Shown here: positions 58,313-64,000 of the stretch, one piece after another
Position numbering within the stretch: the first letter of the stretch is position 1
Layout: each line of letters begins with the position of its first letter
Origin: Spirochaetae bacterium HGW-Spirochaetae-5
GTDB lineage: Bacteria; Spirochaetota; UBA4802; UBA5550
NCBI GenBank assembly: GCA_002839285.1
Contig: PGXT01000001.1
Span: 6,573-70,572 of the forward strand
Length of the DNA stretch: 64,000 bases
Reading direction: 5' to 3'
The notes under the pieces: generated by a model
What the model was told of the DNA's origin: nothing
Database searches by the model: none
The model's input: the letters and a program-made list of their open reading frames with translations, nothing else
Made by a program: the position numbers and the translations under genes

Positions 58313-59062
58313 TCAATTCCTGCTCTTTTCAGGAAGCAGAAGAACCTGACCTGGATAAAGTAATGTCGGATTCGATATTTTATCTTTATTAAGTTTATAA
58401 ATATCTTCCCATTTTTTATAATCCCCGTATAAAGCTTCACTGATAAGAACCAGGGTATCCTTTTCTTTTACAAGATATTCATTTTCTGCAAGAGGTTTAA
58501 CCTGAACCGGTTCTGTTTTATCTTCCGTGGAAGTTATATCGGTTTTATCTTTTTCAGATTCTAAAATCTGATCCTGAACAGGTGGAGCAGGTTCCTCTTT
58601 TTTCTCAGATACAACGTTATCTGCTACATTTCCCTTATAAAAATATTTAAAAAAAGCAAATAGAGCAAAAATTGCCAGGAGAATAAGAACAAGTATAAGG
58701 AATATTTTATTGCCGCTTTTTTCCGGAGCAGCTTTGGCCTCAGGTACATATACAGCTTCAGCAACCTGAACTGTTTTGACAGATTTACTCTCTTTTTCCA
58801 TTTCAGGTTCGATTAAATCCGCCATACTCTTTTCAATATGCTTTAAAGCGGTTTCAGTGAGAGTATAATTTTCAAGTATGTAATTCAATGTCCTTTTTTC
58901 TATGTCAGTTACTTTACCTCCATCGCTTATCGCTTTAATAATGTTTCTGGAATCTGCAAGAGAAATTCTCCCGTCACCCTTCCCTTTTACACTCTTTCCG
59001 GCGATGTCAAGCATAGCCTTATCATAATTTTTGCCATTTATCTTCTTATAATATGAGCTCAC
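58313..59062 (-). CDS. LysM-domain membrane protein
   Basis: C-terminal LysM (YLVKEKDTLVLISEALYGDYKKWEDIYKLN...PGQVLLLP), a central TM helix, and an N-terminal unknown domain. Confidence 0.6.
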   Translation of the reverse strand: MSSYYKKINGKNYDKAMLDIAGKSVKGKGDGRISLADSRNIIKAISDGGKVTDIEKRTLNYILENYTLTETALKHIEKSMADLIEPEMEKESKSVKTVQVAEAVYVPEAKAAPEKSGNKIFLILVLILLAIFALFAFFKYFYKGNVADNVVSEKKEEPAPPVQDQILESEKDKTDITSTEDKTEPVQVKPLAENEYLVKEKDTLVLISEALYGDYKKWEDIYKLNKDKISNPTLLYPGQVLLLPEKSRN

Positions 59063-59204
59063 GTCGTTACCTCCGGTTATTATATAAAACTGTTTATATA
59101 ATATAATTACTGAATAAAGAGCAAAAAAAAGATATTACTTTTTTATTTTTTTTTGTATTTATCACATAACTGATCATTTTTTGGTGGCAATAATGATATT
59201 CATA

Positions 59205-59420
59205 CCACATATGCCCCAGCACCAGGAGTTCCTGACCTGTACCCACATCTTTCTGTGTAGCCCCCTATATCCCCCGGAGGGAGACTTAAAAAACATTTGT
59301 TTTGAAAAAATTACGTTAAAATAAATGAATTTTACGATATTGTTTGGAAGTCCCCCTCCGGGGGATTTAGGAGGCTGTTGTGATGTGGGTACAAGTCAAA
59401 GAGGGTGCGGGGGCTTGCTC
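59205..59420. repeat. nested long-range inverted-repeat structure. Outer arms CTGTACCCACATC / GATGTGGGTACAAG; inner arms CCCCCGGAGGGAGACTT / AAGTCCCCCTCCGGGGG; a 60-nt AT-rich centre lies between the inner arms
   Basis: Arms read directly from the sequence (59237-59249 with 59382-59395; 59271-59287 with 59348-59364). Intergenic, between two minus-strand genes. Confidence 0.55.
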
Positions 59421-59441
59421 GATAAAGAATAAACAGGCGAG

Positions 59442-60236
59442 CTACAATTTATTTAATTCTTTTTTATAGTTATTTATAACTGAATTAATCTGTTCGATTA
59501 CTTTATTACTATTAGTGGATGCTTCTTCAAAAAATCTGTTCATCTCTGCTTCGATTTCGTTATTCTGTTTCTCCTCTTCAGGAGTAACAACATCTCCAGA
59601 CTTTCGATCTTCCATTTCGGCAATCTTTTTTTCATTCGTATCTTCAATCTGACCGTCTAGTGTATCAATGTAGTACCGTATCAGATCTCTCCGTTCTTCA
59701 AGAAGTTTTATCTTTATTTGATAATACTCTTTTTTTTCGGCTGATGTAGTTTTACCGTTTTTCAGGCCGCTGCAGTAAGCAATGAGCTTTTCAAGTTCCT
59801 TTTTGTGAGATGATGCATCCTTTTCTATCATTTTCGGAGATATCCATATATCTCCGGGAAGGTTTTCTTCATTACATACATTTTCAGATAAAGCATTTAT
59901 CTCAATTACAGTTTTATCCTTTTCGGGATCTTTTTCAATAATTGTATTTTCATCGGAATTACCATTACCAGATTTGAGCAGTGAAAATATCCTGCCTAAA
60001 TAACCGGTATCATCACCGGCAGAACCAGCTGTTGAATCGGCAGTGCTTTCTCCCAAATATAGACCCGCTTTCTTTTTAGTACAGTCTACACAATCGGGAT
60101 CTGTGCTCTCTGTTTCAACGGAATTCTCTCCAGAGAGAAATACAAAAAGAAGAGAAAGAGTTATGAGAAATAACCCTATGGGGATAAATCCGGATTTCAT
60201 TTTACTGAAAAATTTCATTTCGTAGCCCCATCTCAA
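59442..60236 (-). CDS. hypothetical secreted or lipoprotein-like coiled-coil protein
   Basis: Signal peptide, probably starting at MKFFSK..., followed by a Glu/Lys-rich coiled coil. Confidence 0.4.
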   Translation of the reverse strand: MRWGYEMKFFSKMKSGFIPIGLFLITLSLLFVFLSGENSVETESTDPDCVDCTKKKAGLYLGESTADSTAGSAGDDTGYLGRIFSLLKSGNGNSDENTIIEKDPEKDKTVIEINALSENVCNEENLPGDIWISPKMIEKDASSHKKELEKLIAYCSGLKNGKTTSAEKKEYYQIKIKLLEERRDLIRYYIDTLDGQIEDTNEKKIAEMEDRKSGDVVTPEEEKQNNEIEAEMNRFFEEASTNSNKVIEQINSVINNYKKELNKL

Positions 60237-60294
60237 TAAATCTCCTTATGATCACTTTTAAAGTAAGCATTTAACTAACGAAATAGTATATACT

Positions 60295-60388
60295 CTGTCA
60301 TTTCGAAGAAGCGATAGCGACTGAGAAATCTAAGATTTCTCACAGGAGTTTATCCTGAGCCTGCCGAAGGGTTCGAAATGACAAAATC
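60295..60388. repeat. family-2 repeat, complete palindromic unit with terminal inverted repeats (TGTCATTTCGAA ... TTCGAAATGACA) and internal GAGAAATC-TAA-GATTTCTC hairpin
   Basis: Read directly. Shares its 15-mer with 36642. Confidence 0.55.
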
Positions 60389-60544
60389 TAATTCAATCGT
60401 TAACCGATATAAAAATTATATTTAAAAATATTTACTATCTTAAAATATAAAACTTAATAAATCAGAAACTCTTTTAAAAACACAAAGGAACAGGTATTAA
60501 GTCATCTTAAAACCTGTTCCTTCTGAATGTAAAATATTATTTTA

Positions 60545-61048
60545 TTACGGTCTGATATAATCTCTTGTTTTAGTATAAACGCTATATGTCCATGTACTTA
60601 AAATATGCCCTACACATCCTGTGCTCATTGCATACCCGTAATTAGCGCTTGACTGAGGAATAACAACTTCATCACACCATGACCACAGGGACAATCCGGG
60701 ACAGTAGCCCAGAAGCTGATTAACAATAGCTGAACCGGGACGAAGATCTTTTGCAGCCTGAGTAAAAGTATCTCCAAATGCAACATAAGTACCCTTGTGA
60801 GGAGTGGCAATATAAACAACCTGATTAACTTTAGCTGCACCGCCGAGATACTTCATATAGTATCTTGCAACAAGTCCGCCCATGGAATGACAGATTAGAT
60901 CCACCTTTGTTTTGCCTGTAGCTTTAAGGGCAGCATCAACTTTACCTTTTAATATATTCGCGCCATTGACAACGCCGGGTATTGTATTATATGTATAATA
61001 GTATAGATAATTCGAAGGATAACCATCAGACTTAAACCATGATATCAT
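60545..61048 (-). pseudogene. class-2 (Bacillus LipA-like) lipase / alpha-beta hydrolase, N-terminally truncated
   Basis: GxSxG nucleophile motif CHSMGG and downstream LipA-like organisation. The in-frame upstream sequence hits a stop 10 codons before the Met, with no signal peptide and no oxyanion-hole HG region. Confidence 0.5.
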
Positions 61049-61186
61049 TGAGGAAAAGTTAACAATTCCCCTTATTTATGATTTCTAAAACCGTCCAGAC
61101 GGTCTTTATCTATAAATAAGCACACATCTTAAAATATGTCTTCTCAATAGCATACATCTTGATTTGATATAAGATTATCAGGGGTT

Positions 61187-63019
61187 TTAATTATTAACTA
61201 TCTTATATTTTGTTCTATAGTTAACAGGCGTATCATCTATGGTTTTCTTAAAAACTCTGTAAAAAGTCGGCAGGCTCTCAAAACCTACGGCAAAGGCTAT
61301 ATCCACAATAGAATCATCTGTATTTAAAAGTAGTTCGCAGGCTTTTTTCAGACGGATATCATTTATGTAATCGGCAATATTCCTGTCCGTAAGCTTTTTG
61401 AACATTCTTCCCAGATAATCACTGTTCATGTTAGTCATTTTTGCCAGACTCTCACGGGATATCTCCTCATGATAGTTCTCTTCTATATACTTTATTGTAT
61501 CTTCAAGTTTTTTTCTGGCAAAATACGATACCACCTTATCCTGAACCTCTTTTTCAAGGGAATCAACAACGCCCTGAAGAGCCTCCATAGATTTTTCAAG
61601 TTCTGCTGTCTTCTCCTCAACCATACTGTTAAGATTATCCTTAAGTCTGTTAAGGTCACTGTACATAATTGAATTTGCAAGTGAGATTGCTGCTGAAGAT
61701 TTTACGTTTTTAATAAATAGTATTTCATCAGGAGTAAGAGGTTTTCTCTCTTTTGTTTCCGGGAGCATAAGAAGCGCTATGAGATTATTGTGCTGAGTGA
61801 GAGGTATTATATATTTAGAATTATAATTTCTGAATATCTCCAGCAGCTCCTCTCCCTCCTTTCCGCAGCTTTGATTATACTCAATAGAATCACGGTCAAT
61901 CAGCACCTTTGAACGGATAAGCATATTTTTGATATCTGGGGATAAATGAAACTGCCTGGTATCGAAACCGGGGGGATTACCGCCGCCGGTTTCACATAAA
62001 ATAAGTTCAGCAGTTTCAAATGATATTCCCTTTTTTATAACATCTGTAAACTGTTTTACAAGTTCATCTAAAGTTTTAAGTGAGTAAATACTCTCAATAA
62101 AATCCGACTCTATCTTCATAAGTTCAAGTTTTCTTTTATTAAAAAATTTATCAATGTGCTGGTGCACTATGCGGAAAAAATGATAGTTAACAAAGAACCA
62201 CAAAATCCCGGAAATCAGCAGTACAGCAAAATTATCTCTTTCGATATAGGGATAGAGCAGATATAAAACTATTATATTCGGTACAGTAAGTATCGCAGAG
62301 AGAAGCCCCCATATTGTAGCAATCTGAAATATACCCCGGAAATCTAGAAGACGGTGGCGAAGAACCCCATAAGCTAAAAATGAAAGCGGTATAAAACTGA
62401 AATTTCCCGGAGGATATAGATCGATCCCCACAATTGCCGGATAATTCATGATAGATAAAATTCCGGAGATAAGAAAGGACGCGATGATATATTTAAGCTT
62501 AAGCCTTTTCATCTGATTCGTTTCAACTCTGATTTTTCGTATAAAAAATATTATCAGATAAACCAGGACTGAAGCGGCATATACTCCAAAGGCAAGAAAA
62601 GCAGCCCCCCCCTGCCCCATGTATCCCCAGCTATATTTATTCAATGCCGGTATGTAATAAGACGTAGGTGTAAAGAGTGAAATGATAAAACTTATTACAA
62701 AAGAGATTTTAACCAGACGGATATTCCCGATATCGATTGCGCGGGAAAAATAGAGCAGACTGATAGCCGGTGTGTACACATAGAAGAAGTGTACAATTCT
62801 TTCAATCTTTAAAATCAGATCCTCGTTACCTCTGAATAACTGATGACAGATAAACACAGGACTGAGAAGAGACCACCATACACACAGAATTATAAAAATA
62901 ACATTCTCGGATTTAAATCTGCTTTTAAAAAGAATAATATAAATTATAACAAAGCTCACCAGAAGTGAAAGCAGCGGCGGTAAAATATTAATTGAAAAAT
63001 TTGATGTAATTAACTTCAC
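61187..63019 (-). CDS. AraC-family transcriptional regulator with N-terminal 7TM sensor domain
   Basis: Seven N-terminal TM helices, a central coiled-coil/GAF-like region, and a C-terminal AraC HTH (IAFAVGFESLPTFYRVFKK). Confidence 0.7.
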   Translation of the reverse strand: MKLITSNFSINILPPLLSLLVSFVIIYIILFKSRFKSENVIFIILCVWWSLLSPVFICHQLFRGNEDLILKIERIVHFFYVYTPAISLLYFSRAIDIGNIRLVKISFVISFIISLFTPTSYYIPALNKYSWGYMGQGGAAFLAFGVYAASVLVYLIIFFIRKIRVETNQMKRLKLKYIIASFLISGILSIMNYPAIVGIDLYPPGNFSFIPLSFLAYGVLRHRLLDFRGIFQIATIWGLLSAILTVPNIIVLYLLYPYIERDNFAVLLISGILWFFVNYHFFRIVHQHIDKFFNKRKLELMKIESDFIESIYSLKTLDELVKQFTDVIKKGISFETAELILCETGGGNPPGFDTRQFHLSPDIKNMLIRSKVLIDRDSIEYNQSCGKEGEELLEIFRNYNSKYIIPLTQHNNLIALLMLPETKERKPLTPDEILFIKNVKSSAAISLANSIMYSDLNRLKDNLNSMVEEKTAELEKSMEALQGVVDSLEKEVQDKVVSYFARKKLEDTIKYIEENYHEEISRESLAKMTNMNSDYLGRMFKKLTDRNIADYINDIRLKKACELLLNTDDSIVDIAFAVGFESLPTFYRVFKKTIDDTPVNYRTKYKIVNN

Positions 63020-63210
63020 TATTTTAATCCATATTCTTTTTTAATTTGATCTAGACGACATTATTCATTACACATAATCACTTTAACTCAAATTGAAAGC
63101 ATACATAGCTTTACACGATCAAAGTAAAACTTACACATTCAATGCAAGTCAACAAAAATTAAAGTTAACAATATCAAATACGTGTAACTGTTCAAAAAAT
63201 AATTTGCTGC

Positions 63211-63340
63211 CCGTCATGAGGTAGCAAGTTGTTTTAGGGAGTGCGTATGCTCCGCATACGCCTTGAGTGGGGGATTACGTGGGCGCTGCCCGTAATCCCC
63301 CACTCAAGGCCCACGCTTAGCGCTGTGCCACCGTCATGAA
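63211..63340. repeat. family-1 modular repeat, full copy in leader-C-B-A order, flanked by 9-bp direct repeat CCGTCATGA
   Basis: Leader GAGGTAGCAAGTTGTTTTAGGGA. C: GCGTATGC-TCC-GCATACGC. B: CTTGAGTGGGGGATTACGTGGGC-GCTG-CCCGTAATCCCCCACTCAAG. A-like: CACGC-TTA-GCGCTGTGCC. Direct repeats at 63212-63220 and 63331-63339. Confidence 0.7.
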
Positions 63341-63544
63341 GACATCAAAAAAAATTTATTTGTTGCTTTTTAACATTTAGTGTTTTAATGATATTTCAGC
63401 TATTTATTCGTTAACATTTTCTATCTTTGATATTGCTTCTATACCCCCGCCGGATACTACGGGGGTATTATTATAAAGTTTTAAACCGGAAATTCAGATT
63501 AAAATACGGAATCTGATTTATAAAAACTTCGACTGGAGAGATTA

Positions 63545-64000
63545 ATGAAAAAAAATACCCGTTTATACAGTAACACTCTGGAAAAATGGAGCGAATATTT
63601 CGGCAGCTGGTTTAATGATGAAGAGAATTTCCGCGGTGCACGTATGGAGAGCGAGCTTTATCCATATTCCGCACTTTTTGAGCCGATAAAAATAAATTCA
63701 CTTACTGTAAAAAACAGAATAATAATGGCACCTCTGGGGAACATCAATATGGCTGATGAAACCGGACGGCCGTCAGCAAAAATGCTGGCCTACTTTACCG
63801 AAAGAGCCAAAGGGGGAACCGGCCTGATAACATCAGGAATTGTACCGGTAAGCCACAACATCGATCCGACTGTTACAGAAATCGGGAACTTTAGAACAAA
63901 CTATACTGGGTGGCGGGACCTTGCAGAATCACTCCACTCATTCGGTACCGCTTTTTTTATTCAGCTCTCACCAGGCATGGGAAGAGTTGGATCACCTGAA
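63545..64000 (+). CDS. Old-Yellow-Enzyme-family NADH:flavin oxidoreductase, 3-prime partial
   Basis: NRIIMAPLGN motif of OYE and 2,4-dienoyl-CoA reductase-like enzymes. The ORF runs off the window end. Confidence 0.7.
   Translation, partial: MKKNTRLYSNTLEKWSEYFGSWFNDEENFRGARMESELYPYSALFEPIKINSLTVKNRIIMAPLGNINMADETGRPSAKMLAYFTERAKGGTGLITSGIVPVSHNIDPTVTEIGNFRTNYTGWRDLAESLHSFGTAFFIQLSPGMGRVGSPE

Noticed and set aside
236-63019. Numerous short antisense or out-of-frame track ORFs inside large genes (for example 236..424, 786..1064, 1682..1882, 3516..3758, 3694..4158, 5482..6096, 6424..6708, 7006..7389, 15115..15612, 24564..24812, 25019..25363, 37370..38240 series, 45445..45738, 53221..53493, 55122..55427, 60625..60840, 61469..61680)
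   Set aside because: Each is fully embedded in a longer ORF on the other strand or frame that has clear protein-family motifs. Low-GC genomes generate many such random open frames.
2995-63340. CRISPR array formed by the GC-rich palindromic repeats
   Set aside because: Copies are single and dispersed at six separate intergenic sites rather than arranged as regularly spaced direct repeats with unique spacers, and no cas genes are present in the window.
1-64000. rRNA, tmRNA, RNase P or SRP RNA genes
   Set aside because: No stretches matching the conserved cores of these RNAs were seen in the intergenic regions, which are mostly AT-rich promoters/terminators or the palindromic repeat families.

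Overview
Low-GC bacterial chromosomal segment, almost certainly from a diderm: it has a TolC-type outer-membrane channel and a u-spanin-like lipoprotein. Most of the window is housekeeping genes: CHASE2 adenylate cyclase, argS, cinA, a TPR protein, gcvH, ispF, recJ (split), queA, a SpoIID-like gene, a xerC/D-like recombinase, a MacA/TolC-type efflux set, tRNA-Thr and tRNA-Tyr, moeB/thiF, recG, ftsH, tilS, ybeY, a 7TM-HD protein, phoH, aspS, cspA, and a 3-prime-partial OYE flavoprotein gene. Four things stand out. (1) A ~10.5 kb co-directional gene block (about 9.94-20.46 kb) lies between gcvH and ispF. It encodes a superfamily-I HUH rolling-circle Rep, a miniature C5-methyltransferase-like protein, a small basic protein, many small membrane proteins, candidate structural proteins, and a terminal lysis cassette (M23 peptidase, M15 peptidase, u-spanin-like lipoprotein). 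It has no integrase, terminase or portal, and no microvirus-sized capsid gene. I read it as an integrated Rep-encoding, membrane-containing (PM2/FLiP-like) or otherwise novel small provirus; this is the main candidate for an undescribed system. (2) A fatty-acid-modification cluster at 47.8-56.6 kb resembles the bacterial methylated/furan fatty-acid (Ufa-like) loci: an amine-oxidase-like FAD enzyme, a DUF1365-CFA-synthase fusion, DUF2177, a chalcone-isomerase-like protein, a GPH-type MFS transporter, DUF1295 and an acyl-CoA ligase. (3) Two families of dispersed palindromic repeats (a modular BIME/MITE-like family at 6 loci and a second family at 2 loci), plus a ~215-bp nested inverted-repeat structure. 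(4) recJ is split by a frameshift and a lipase gene is N-terminally truncated. No rRNA or CRISPR array was seen. Many short antisense ORFs in the supplied track look spurious.
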